Below, one piece after another: positions 1 to 7,435 of a DNA stretch of 64,000 nucleotides (positions are counted from its first letter, which is position 1; each line of letters starts with the position of its first letter). The stretch comes from an uncultured Candidatus Saccharibacteria bacterium (GTDB lineage Bacteria; Patescibacteriota; Saccharimonadia; Saccharimonadales; 2-12-FULL-41-12). A program made the position numbers and the translations under genes. Location: the NCBI GenBank assembly GCA_964648105.1, contig CAZYMH010000002.1, forward strand, positions 118,101 through 182,100, read 5' to 3'. The notes beneath the pieces were generated by a model, which saw only the letters and a program-made list of their open reading frames with translations, did no database searches and was not told the origin of the DNA.

Positions 1-500
1 AACAACTAAATGGGGAAGGGGTGCTGGCGACGACTGCTTGGCCGCTTGAGCCTAGTTTTGATCAATCAAAAGCCAAGCAATTTATTGAAGTCCAAGCAAT
101 TGTCGAGGAAGTTCGCCAAATAAAAACTAGGCTCAAGCTCCAAAAGGGAAGCTTGACTTATAGTTCTAACCAATTACTGAGTGATAACAGATTATTAGTC
201 CAACAGATGTCAAAATTAGATGAAGTTGTAGAAAGCACTACAAAAGACGGAATAATCATTGCTTCCGCCGAAGGTGACTGTCGATTTGTGATGAGTAGCG
301 AAATGCTTGAGCAACTAAAGGACAGTTTATCAAGTGACAAAACTCGCCTAGAGAACTCCATCGAGAACTTAGATCAAAGGTTAAGCAACCAAAATTACCT
401 CGATAAAGCCCCAGCCGCATTGGTGGAGCAATCGAAACAAGAGCTGCAAAAAGCTCAAATCGAATACCAAAAAATAGTTAAACAACTAGCTCAATTTTAG
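1..500 (+). CDS. valS: Valyl-tRNA synthetase, C-terminal fragment (5' part outside window)
   Basis: The frame is open from base 3 to the stop at 498-500. The tail ...NQNYLDKAPAALVEQSKQELQKAQIEYQKIVKQL resembles the ValRS C-terminal coiled coil with its N-x-x-F/Y-x-x-KAP-x-x-V motif. Confidence 0.65.
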   Translation, partial: QLNGEGVLATTAWPLEPSFDQSKAKQFIEVQAIVEEVRQIKTRLKLQKGSLTYSSNQLLSDNRLLVQQMSKLDEVVESTTKDGIIIASAEGDCRFVMSSEMLEQLKDSLSSDKTRLENSIENLDQRLSNQNYLDKAPAALVEQSKQELQKAQIEYQKIVKQLAQF

Positions 501-513
501 CTTTTGTTAATAT

Positions 514-957
514 CTAGAAATTGACTTTGAGATCATCAAAGTTGACTCGTTTACGGGGGTGAGGGCCAAATTGATTACGATGCTTTTTGCCAGGAATCAG
601 GCAAATTGTCAGCACAATTAACATGCCTAGCAAATTGAGCAGCCAAATATCCATCACTCGACCAATCGCCATCAAGCCAAAAAAGACTACCACAACTAAC
701 AATCCTGGTAAATTAATGTCGTGTAACCGCCTAACCATCAAAACTACAAAGTAAAATAACCATAACATCAGGGGTAAAATCAAAATTTTTACTAGCAAAC
801 TGACACCTTCATCGAAGAGTTTGCTATGTAAAACTAGGCTCAAAATAGCTAAGGGAATCATGATTAAAGCACACACAAATATCAATGCACCGATGGCAAT
901 CACATTACCGACGATATATGTTCTTCGATTTAGTCTTCCGCTTAGTGCATTTAACAT
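514..957 (-). CDS. DUF805-family integral membrane protein
   Basis: Multiple TM helices plus an RRLHDINLPG motif typical of DUF805/YhaH-like proteins. Confidence 0.55.
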   Translation of the reverse strand: MLNALSGRLNRRTYIVGNVIAIGALIFVCALIMIPLAILSLVLHSKLFDEGVSLLVKILILPLMLWLFYFVVLMVRRLHDINLPGLLVVVVFFGLMAIGRVMDIWLLNLLGMLIVLTICLIPGKKHRNQFGPHPRKRVNFDDLKVNF

Positions 958-1001
958 ATCTTATATTTTATGACGCTTGAGGCAAATATCCCAAAATTTG
1001 T

Positions 1002-1844
1002 TCAAAATTCTAGTGCCTGACGTACTTTATCGCTTGATTCGTGGGGACGATAATCATCAAACCATGACACTCGCCAACCCTGTTTTTCGGCGGCCATAAG
1101 GTTAGAACGTGAGTCATCAACTAATAAAATTTCTTCTGGTTTTACGCCCGATCGTTCGGCGGCCAGTTCGAATATGCGAGCTTCTGGCTTGATCGAGCCT
1201 ACCTCTGACGAATCAATTATTTGGTCGTAGTTGAGCGAAGGTATGATGTCTCGCTCAATCATTTTATTGATCAGCCCTGGCATGATATTGCTAAGTAGTC
1301 CAATATGATAATTTTCTGACGCCCAAGTGATTAGCTCGCGAGATTCTGGGATTGGATCGACCGAAGACAGGTAATATTCGGCCCAATCAAACTTATCTAG
1401 ATTGAATATTCTAGCCAACTCTTGGTTATATTCGTCGATAGTCATTTCGCCCTTACAAACTATGTCATTGTAGTGCCAACAAGTAGACTCAACAAAATCA
1501 AGTGGCAGGGAGTAATCAACCGAAATTTTAGTAAATGCACGATGAAAAAAGCCCACCAAACAACCGTTGATATCAAAATAGACGAATTTTATGCCAGTGT
1601 TGGAGGTTTTTTTGGCAGGTGAGGGCGGAGCGAGCGAATCGACGCCCATAAGATTGTCGATACTCGTGCCTAACACGGCGGCGATTTGTTGAATCGTAAA
1701 AATAGATGGCGATTTAATCGCTCCGCGTTCAATTTTGGCCAAAGTTGAATAACTAAGGCCAGATTTTTGGCACAAATCTTGCTGTGTTAGCCCTGCTTCC
1801 TTGCGTGCTTTTTGTAAACGCAAGCCCAAACCCTTTTCGTTCAT
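1002..1844 (-). CDS. XRE-type HTH domain fused to HAD-like hydrolase domain
   Basis: N-terminus LRLQKARKEAGLTQQDLCQKSGLSYSTLAKIERG is an HTH_3 pattern. C-terminal half has a VYFDINGCL motif I-like DxD variant and LLVDDS (HAD motif IV-like). Confidence 0.6.
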   Translation of the reverse strand: MNEKGLGLRLQKARKEAGLTQQDLCQKSGLSYSTLAKIERGAIKSPSIFTIQQIAAVLGTSIDNLMGVDSLAPPSPAKKTSNTGIKFVYFDINGCLVGFFHRAFTKISVDYSLPLDFVESTCWHYNDIVCKGEMTIDEYNQELARIFNLDKFDWAEYYLSSVDPIPESRELITWASENYHIGLLSNIMPGLINKMIERDIIPSLNYDQIIDSSEVGSIKPEARIFELAAERSGVKPEEILLVDDSRSNLMAAEKQGWRVSWFDDYRPHESSDKVRQALEF

Positions 1845-1900
1845 TAGCCATATAATACCACTAAAAAAGCTTGAAATTCAACAAAACTAGCCTAAAATGG

Positions 1901-2089
1901 CTAATTTTTGCCAATCATACCATCGGCTGTTAAAGCCAAGGTATAAACTACGATAAACACTACTAGTGCCAAAGCGGCGGCGGCAATTACCGAATTTTTG
2001 GTATTATTGCCAGTTGACCTCATAAATTTGGTATACAGCCAAGTGCCTGCACTTATAGCTGCTAAAAGTCCTACAATCCAATTTGCCAT
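1901..2089 (-). CDS. Small two-TM membrane protein, unknown function
   Basis: 62-aa ORF with two hydrophobic helices. No recognisable motif. Confidence 0.35.
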   Translation of the reverse strand: MANWIVGLLAAISAGTWLYTKFMRSTGNNTKNSVIAAAALALVVFIVVYTLALTADGMIGKN

Positions 2090-2155
2090 AATAGTTATGA
2101 TTATATCAAATAACTCAAGAAGTAAACAGCTATATGTAACATCTGTGGTTTAGTT

Positions 2156-2247
2156 TGGCGGAGGAGGCGGGATTCGAACCCGCGGTGCCGATTGCTCGGC
2201 ACAACTGTTTTCGAGACAGTCCAGTTCAACCACTCCTGCACTCCTCC
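2156..2247 (-). tRNA. tRNA-Ser (anticodon CGA), type II with long variable arm, CCA encoded
   Basis: The reverse complement GGAGGAG..ACTGT-CTCGAAA-ACAGT..GCGGGTTCGAATCCCGCCTCCTCCGCCA folds as a 92-nt cloverleaf. The anticodon loop is CU-CGA-AA. Confidence 0.9.
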
Positions 2248-2467
2248 ATAATAATTATCTAATCATAAAACATCTAAGCAGATTTTAGAATCTATCAGTG
2301 GAAATAATCGAATATTTTAAGAGGTGATAAGTTGATTTTTTAAAAATATAAATATATTGTAAAATAATTTTAAAGATTAAACAAATAATTTTTGTATTCT
2401 GGGTTACATATTTTTAATTTAGATGAAATTATAGTTCTAATTACTATTAAAACAAGGAGAAAATAAA

Positions 2468-2716
2468 ATGAATATAATAGTTTGGATAATCTTTGGTGGT
2501 CTAGCTGGCTGGATCGCTTCAATGATAGCAGGAACTGACGCTCAACAAGGTGTTCTTATGAATGTGATTGTTGGTGTGATTGGTGCCTTTATCGGTGGAT
2601 TTATCATGGAAAAACTTGGTAAATCTGGTGTAGATGGATTCAATCTATATAGCTTCGTAGTAGCTGTACTTGGTGCAGTGATCCTACTATTTTTGTACCG
2701 TATGATTGCAAGATAA
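2468..2716 (+). CDS. GlsB/YeaQ/YmgE (transglycosylase-associated) family small membrane protein
   Basis: MNIIVWIIFGGLAGWIASMI... with glycine-zipper TM helices typical of the family. AGGAGA RBS lies upstream. Confidence 0.8.
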   Translation: MNIIVWIIFGGLAGWIASMIAGTDAQQGVLMNVIVGVIGAFIGGFIMEKLGKSGVDGFNLYSFVVAVLGAVILLFLYRMIAR

Positions 2717-2738
2717 TTAATACATACAAATTATAAAT

Positions 2739-2762
2739 AACCCCTGTGAATTCACAGGGGTT
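2739..2762. terminator. Perfect palindromic hairpin, probable bidirectional intrinsic terminator
   Basis: AACCCCTGTGAATTCACAGGGGTT is flanked by A/T-rich runs on both sides, immediately after the 2468-2716 stop codon. Confidence 0.6.
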
Positions 2763-2780
2763 ATTTGTTTGGGTTAAGTG

Positions 2781-2936
2781 AGAAAGGAAGGAAGAGAGAG
2801 GGATTCGCCCCATCTGTCAAAAAGCTTTGCTTTTTGCAGCTCGGCAGGTCTCACGGTTTGCCGAATATCGGCAAACATCGTTCCGACCGTTCGAATCCCA
2901 CGAAAGCCAAGCAGTTGGCTTTCTTCTTTCCTCTCC
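2781..2936. other. Unannotated, highly structured ~155-nt element with tRNA-Ser-like termini (candidate ncRNA, MITE or tRNA-derived relic)
   Basis: An 18-nt purine/pyrimidine closing helix pairs 2781-2798 with 2919-2936. A perfect 8-bp helix pairs 2800-2807 with 2892-2899. Three perfect hairpins lie at 2818-2836, 2857-2875 (extendable to 2847-2888) and 2902-2923. It is visibly more GC-rich than the flanking AT-rich backbone. There is a 15-nt identity (2793-2807) to the tRNA-Ser T-arm/acceptor. Confidence 0.4.
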
Positions 2937-2984
2937 ACCAAAACTAAAAACCCACCCACAAGGGGCGGATTCTTAGTTTGGCGG
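2937..2984 (-). other. Displaced 3' trailer and terminator hairpin of tRNA-Ser(UGA), preceded by CCGCCA (attL side of element 1)
   Basis: The minus-strand sequence CCGCCAAACTAAGAATCCGCCCCTTGTGGGTGGGTTTTTAGTTTTGGT matches 45 of 48 aligned columns of the CCGCCA+trailer of tRNA-Ser(GCU) at 33867-33912. Confidence 0.75.
2979..2984. repeat. TGGCGG junction core, left copy (element 1)
   Basis: The same hexamer is found at 19708-19713. It lies exactly at the AT-rich to GC-rich transition. Confidence 0.6.
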
Positions 2985-3091
2985 CCCTCGCGCGATTGAG
3001 GTTGAACCTGAACACCCCGTCCCAATCCGCTTCGCCCCGACCTAGACGCGATCGCGCCAATCGTGGGTAGCCGGGGCTAATCTCTGCGGGT

Positions 3092-3706
3092 ATGGCCGAG
3101 GATCTCGTTGGGCTCCGAGGCGGCGCCGAGCTTGGCGTTACCGCCCTCGCTGCTGCGATCGACCGCATCCATAGCGCGAACGCCAATCTCCTCCGAGGTG
3201 GCGGAGCTGCTCCGACCGCCGCTGCATTGGGGGAAGGGTTGTTCTGGATCGCTGCTCTCGACGACTTCTTTGTCAGCGCCCAACCACCAGGCGTCTACAG
3301 GCGATCCCGAGCGAGTGACACACGAGGGCAGACGGTCGGCGGGCTGATCTACGCGCGGAACGGCCTCGGGCATGGTCTCCACATCGCTGCCGCCGTGCGA
3401 ACTGTGGTGCACTCCCCGACGGTGGTGAAGAGAGACGGACAGGTCACTGTCCAATGGGCTCGTCTTCCCGGTCGCGAATATGGCGCACCGAATCGCGGGA
3501 CCGTGCTCTCGATGCAGTTTGTCTGGGCTGAGCCCGACGTCCTGCCCGTAGCGCCCGGCCGCCAGCACGGGCGGGACCTTTGGTACCGCGACCGTGTGTC
3601 CGGGCGTCCGCTAACCCAACCCCTGACGGTGGGTCTGGACTGGTTCCGCGCCCAGCGGACTTGGCTCCGGGCGTTCGCTCCAGCCGTGCCCACGCCCGCC
3701 GAATAA
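3092..3706 (+). CDS. Hypothetical protein with a possible HEPN-like RNxxxH motif
   Basis: 204-aa ORF with protein-like composition, unlike the overlapping Arg/Pro-rich alternative frames. The motif YARNGLGHG lies at codons 88-96. Confidence 0.45.
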   Translation: MAEDLVGLRGGAELGVTALAAAIDRIHSANANLLRGGGAAPTAAALGEGLFWIAALDDFFVSAQPPGVYRRSRASDTRGQTVGGLIYARNGLGHGLHIAAAVRTVVHSPTVVKRDGQVTVQWARLPGREYGAPNRGTVLSMQFVWAEPDVLPVAPGRQHGRDLWYRDRVSGRPLTQPLTVGLDWFRAQRTWLRAFAPAVPTPAE

Positions 3707-3831
3707 CCCGTGGAGAGCATCGCGGTGACGCCACGGGGGCCGCGACTGGCCCATCAGGTCCGGTCGCCAGCCTGAGATCCAGCTTCCGGGCACGTACACC
3801 TCCCGTCCAGGCAGCGCGCTATCCTCGAAGG

Positions 3832-3963
3832 GTGTCTAACGACTCCGAAAAAGAGCCGGATCCTCCTCCGCCCCCGCCAGCTCCGCCCGAGCCACGCCCG
3901 GACGGTCTTCAGTTGATACAGGAGAGCGATCAGCGGCCCCGAGAGACTCGTGAGCAGCGATAA
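3832..3963 (+). CDS. Proline-rich micro-protein, paralog 1 (43 aa)
   Basis: GTG start 6 nt after a TATCCT -10-like hexamer. It shares VS(N/S)D..., PPEPRxDGL and RPxExRxxR-stop with the next ORF, with synonymous-type DNA differences. Confidence 0.4.
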   Translation: MSNDSEKEPDPPPPPPAPPEPRPDGLQLIQESDQRPRETREQR

Positions 3964-4120
3964 GGACGAGGGCACCCAGCCTAAGCCGGCGGCCACCCCT
4001 TCGGGAGCCAAGCGACCAGCGCCTACGCCCCCTGAGCCGAGGGCAGATGGCTTGAAGACGGTTATCGGAAACGTCTTATGGGAGCCGATCCGGCCCAAGG
4101 AGGACCGTTCGGAGCGCTAG
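3950..4120 (+). CDS. Proline-rich micro-protein, paralog 2 (56 aa)
   Basis: GTG start overlaps the end of paralog 1 in the +1 frame. Same three conserved blocks as 3832-3963. Confidence 0.4.
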   Translation: MSSDKDEGTQPKPAATPSGAKRPAPTPPEPRADGLKTVIGNVLWEPIRPKEDRSER

Positions 4121-4920
4121 AGGTACGGCTCGACGGCAATCAGGGCGAGCAGGTGAAGAACCTGCACGGCCAAGGCGGACATGGCCAGTCGAGCCCAAAG
4201 GGTCTTCGCACCGTCCGTGATCTTGGACCTCCTCGCCGCTTCGGCCCGAAGCGCTACGAGCTGAGCTTGAAAGTCCTGCGGGTTCTGGTAGTAGTCCGCG
4301 TACGCCATCTGTTGCAGACCCTGAGCGTCAAGCAGAACCTGGTGCTCCGTGAGCCGCCAGTCTCCGAGCGCACAGAACGCGGTGAGCGCAAACAGGAGGA
4401 GATTGGTGCCCAACAGGACAGCCATGGCGTGGTCACCATCGGATCGTGAATAGACGGTACTCGCCGCCCCGGCGGCGACGGCCGCAAAGGTGAGAACTTG
4501 CTGACCGCGCGCCGTCAGGTGGCGGGCGTGGGTCAAGCGCCGCTCGTCTGCCCTTGCCGACTCTTGGTCGAGCAGCGCAAGCGTCCCCGCCGACATCACT
4601 GCTTCACCCTTCGGATCCGGGTGAGACTGGGCTTCAGCCGGATTGACCTCGCCAGCAGCCTTCTCGAATTCGTCTCGGCTGACGGCTTTGGCATGCGCCG
4701 GCAGGGTGACGAGCAGCGCGACGGTCGCCAGAAGGAAAGCGAGAGCACCGCTCCCCGCGCAAAGGACGACCGCTCCAGGTCGTGGGACCAGTACCACCAT
4801 GCCGATGGCGACCGCCGAAGCTCCCGCAGCGGCAGCACCAACTGCCACCGACGAACGTTCTTGGGAGACCAGCCAGGCATCCAGCTTTGTCCACACGGCC
4901 TCCAGAGTAGCGGGAACCAC
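4117..4920 (-). CDS. Polytopic membrane protein, unknown function
   Basis: 267 aa with about 5 hydrophobic helices separated by charged loops. GTG start is the first start after the upstream stop. Confidence 0.55.
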   Translation of the reverse strand: MVPATLEAVWTKLDAWLVSQERSSVAVGAAAAGASAVAIGMVVLVPRPGAVVLCAGSGALAFLLATVALLVTLPAHAKAVSRDEFEKAAGEVNPAEAQSHPDPKGEAVMSAGTLALLDQESARADERRLTHARHLTARGQQVLTFAAVAAGAASTVYSRSDGDHAMAVLLGTNLLLFALTAFCALGDWRLTEHQVLLDAQGLQQMAYADYYQNPQDFQAQLVALRAEAARRSKITDGAKTLWARLAMSALAVQVLHLLALIAVEPYL

Positions 4921-4998
4921 GCGGTCGGCGACTTCCGGGTCGTTGACGGCTGAACCCTCCGCCAGCTGGCCAGCTTCACCACGACGTGGCGTCGTTGG

Positions 4999-5496
4999 TC
5001 ACCAGCGTTCGGGATTCTCCTGACTGGTGTTCGCCGAGACCAATCGGAGATTGGGCGCAAGCCGGAATCTATGCTCGTGACGTTCGATGTAAGCCGATAG
5101 GGCCGTGAGCGCTTCCTCCGCAGCCTCGACCGCCGCCTTGCGGTTCTCGGACCCGGCTCCGATGATCTCGGCTAGCTCGATCTGCACATACGCGGCAGCG
5201 ACGGTCGCGAAGGTGTCGTTGTCAATGAGTGGCGTGAGAGACACCCCGTGATCGCGCCAGCAGTAGCGCTCCGGTCGGAAGGAGCGGGCAAGTCTTAGTC
5301 GATTGAAGTGAGAGGTCTCCGCGAACGCGTCCAGACGGACGCGATTCCGCGCCAGTTCTTGCACGATCAGCTTCGCCGCGGCGACACTCTGGGTTCGCTG
5401 TTGATGGTTGGTGGCGAAATATCCGCCGAGCGTGGTCGCCCCTCCGCCCACCAAAGCTCCGAGGATGGCGGCGAATGCTTCAGAAGAGAAGGACAC
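4999..5496 (-). CDS. Membrane-anchored helical protein, unknown function
   Basis: 165 aa with an N-terminal glycine-rich TM helix (AFAAILGALVGGGATTLGGYF) followed by a helical soluble part. Same strand as, and adjacent to, 4117-4920. Confidence 0.5.
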   Translation of the reverse strand: MSFSSEAFAAILGALVGGGATTLGGYFATNHQQRTQSVAAAKLIVQELARNRVRLDAFAETSHFNRLRLARSFRPERYCWRDHGVSLTPLIDNDTFATVAAAYVQIELAEIIGAGSENRKAAVEAAEEALTALSAYIERHEHRFRLAPNLRLVSANTSQENPERW

Positions 5497-5605
5497 GGGT
5501 CAGCCTTGGGTCATGTCGACTCAGTTGGGTGCCCCCGCCGCCTCACCACCGAGCGGGGGCACCCGTGAGGCCGAGCTTCCGTTGGTGCTCAGCGACCTCG
5601 TCCTG

Positions 5606-5785
5606 CTAGCGCCGGGTGGCGTCCACCAGGACGTACCCGATCTCCCCGGGGCGGGTCGGCGGGAAGGGCTCGCCCTTCACGCACGTCACCTCCCGCGTCT
5701 TGCGGTAGCTGGAATCCACCGCGGCGTACTGGCCACTGATCGGCACAGTCTGGCCGGGGCGGTACAGCGTCTTGGAAGTCGTCAT
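5606..5785 (-). CDS. YjzC-like small protein (59 aa, below ORF-track cutoff)
   Basis: ATG preceded by AGGAGG. Translation is MTTSKTLYRPGQTVPISGQYAAVDSSYRKTREVTCVKGEPFPPTRPGEIGYVLVDATRR. The PGQ..P.SGQY...EVT..KGEPFPPT pattern matches the YjzC family. Confidence 0.6.
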   Translation of the reverse strand: MTTSKTLYRPGQTVPISGQYAAVDSSYRKTREVTCVKGEPFPPTRPGEIGYVLVDATRR

Positions 5786-6133
5786 AGGTCCTCACCTCCT
5801 TCCTGGCAGCAATGCCGTGATCTGGTGATCCGCGAGGGTCTCGGCCGTCCAAATCGGACGGGTGGTGATGAGGCTGTCCCGCGCAGTTCTGCAAGCGTAC
5901 CGACAGGGTCGGACGCACTGAGGCGCGGATGCGCAAGCGGCTCGGTCACCACACCAAGCCGCTCGGCGATCACCAGTCACAGCTGCACCAGGAACAGGCC
6001 CCCAGGCGACTGTGGTCGCGAAACTACTTGGTCAGTCGGACGATTCCTCCATGACGTTCGACGTCTCGCTGTGGCCGAAATGTCACCACGGGGGTCGAGG
6101 ACCTTCATCCGGCATGCCAACTAGGCTTCCGCC

Positions 6134-7435
6134 ATGGAGCCAGTGGGAGTGGTCGACCTGTTCTGTGGTGCCGGCGGCCTGTCTGAGGGCTTTCGCGCTG
6201 CAGGAGCCCGGATTCTGGCCGGGACCGACCACGACCCAGATGCCTGCGCGACCTACGCCGCCAATTTCCCGGAGGCGATCGTGGTGTGCGGCGACGTCCG
6301 GGAGCCGGCGATCAGAGAGCGCATTCTGGACGCGGCCGCAGGGGCTCGGGTCGTAGTCGGAGGCCCTCCGTGCCAGGCGTTTTCGCAGGTGCGGAACCAC
6401 GTCCGGATGATCGACGACCCCCGGAATGCGCTCTATCGCGAGTTCGTCGGGATTGTGGATCAGCTCGAACCGGACATCTTCGTGATGGAGAACGTCCCCG
6501 GCATGGACCAGATGGGCGTCCGCGACCAGGTCCTTGCCGACCTGGAGCTCGACGGGCACTACGTGGTCAGGGCTCGACTGCTTGATGCCGTCGACTTTGG
6601 GGTCCCACAGACCAGGAAGCGCATCGTCTTCGTCGGCGTGCGCAGCGACCTGGCTGTGGAGCCGCCCGTCGTCGCTGGTACGGGAGTCGTCGACACCCTG
6701 ACCCTTGCACGCCGGAATGGGACCGAGCCGGTGCACTATGAGGTTCAGGGACCGGGGAGTGGGCTGGCTGCCTGGCAGGAGCGCCTCGTCGACCCCAGGG
6801 ACCTGAGCGTCGTCACGGCCGCTCAGGCGATCGGTGACCTGGCCGCGCTGACTGCGGGCGAGCGGCGTGACAGTCGGCCGACGATCGATTTGGGTCCGGC
6901 GTTGTCGGCCTACCAGGAACTGATGCGTCGAGGCTTGGGGTCCGAGATCACAAACGTCAGCGTTCCTCGGACGAATGCCGACACGGTTCTCCGCCTGAAT
7001 GGCGTCCCGCAGGGCGGGAATCACCGGGACCTGGCTGACGAGCTTCGAGAGCGGTACCTGACGGGGCAGCGCTGGGGGCCAGATGCCGGCAATGGACGCC
7101 TGTCGCGGAGGCACTACTACGCCTACCGGCGTCTGCATCCCGACTTCTGGTCCTGGACGCTCAATACCAAGGCCGACTCCGTCTACCACTACGCCGCAGC
7201 CCGGGCGCTCAGTGTCCGGGAGTTCGCGCGGCTCCAGTCGTTCCCGGATCGCTTCACGTTCACCACGGACGGCCGACGCGGTCCTTTGCCAGGTCGTATT
7301 GAGGGCGGGGCAGCCCACAGTCGCTACCGCCAGGTCGGGAACGCCGTCCCGCCGCTGCTCGCGCAGGCCATCGCCCAGTCGGTGCTCGCGGCGCTCACTG
7401 AGATCCCGGTCCGGAGTGTGGAGACGCTTGCCTGA
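6134..7435 (+). CDS. DNA (cytosine-5)-methyltransferase
   Basis: Motif I DLFCGAGGLSEGF, motif IV GGPPCQAFS, motif VI ENV, motif X QVGNAVPPLLA. Confidence 0.92.
   Translation: MEPVGVVDLFCGAGGLSEGFRAAGARILAGTDHDPDACATYAANFPEAIVVCGDVREPAIRERILDAAAGARVVVGGPPCQAFSQVRNHVRMIDDPRNALYREFVGIVDQLEPDIFVMENVPGMDQMGVRDQVLADLELDGHYVVRARLLDAVDFGVPQTRKRIVFVGVRSDLAVEPPVVAGTGVVDTLTLARRNGTEPVHYEVQGPGSGLAAWQERLVDPRDLSVVTAAQAIGDLAALTAGERRDSRPTIDLGPALSAYQELMRRGLGSEITNVSVPRTNADTVLRLNGVPQGGNHRDLADELRERYLTGQRWGPDAGNGRLSRRHYYAYRRLHPDFWSWTLNTKADSVYHYAAARALSVREFARLQSFPDRFTFTTDGRRGPLPGRIEGGAAHSRYRQVGNAVPPLLAQAIAQSVLAALTEIPVRSVETLA

Noticed and set aside
2786-2812. GGAAGGAAGAGAGAGGGATTCGCCCC as the left att repeat of element 1 (15-nt identity to the tRNA-Ser 3' region)
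   Set aside because: The composition shift and the displaced tRNA trailer place the real junction at 2984/2985. This similarity lies about 170 bp outside the GC-rich DNA. It is better treated as part of the separate structured element or an older scar.
2781-2936. Identity of the structured element as SRP RNA, tmRNA, 6S RNA or an intron-containing tRNA
   Set aside because: I found no SRP domain IV GGAA/AGCAGCC motif, no tmRNA tag ORF or proper T-arm plus ACCA end, and no single long 6S-like hairpin with a central bubble. No D or anticodon arm can be drawn. No known family could be assigned by eye.
2765-3186. Small ORFs (2765-2947, 2774-3025, 2778-2999, 2944-3186) across the structured element, tRNA trailer and island junction
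   Set aside because: They run through hairpins, a terminator and the composition boundary. There is no RBS and the translations are implausible.
5790-5973. Possible degraded XRE/HigA-like fragment (IAERLGVVTEPLAHPRLSASDPVGTLAELRG) upstream of the methyltransferase, e.g. a controller-protein relic
   Set aside because: The resemblance is short, there is no intact HTH, and the frame is interrupted. The evidence is insufficient for a pseudogene call.
5408-6124. 238-aa plus-strand ORF spanning the YjzC-like gene and the methyltransferase upstream region
   Set aside because: The translation is Arg/Ser/Pro/Gly-rich. It is antisense to a small ORF that has a strong RBS and a recognisable family pattern, and it has no RBS of its own.
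7083-7415. ORF-track N-terminal extensions of real genes (7083-7415 for the REase, 12952-13416 for the T4CP, 12444-12662 for the wHTH protein, 11567-11773 for the 275-aa protein)
   Set aside because: The extensions overlap upstream genes in other frames, have implausible composition, and internal starts with good RBS or stop-start coupling exist.
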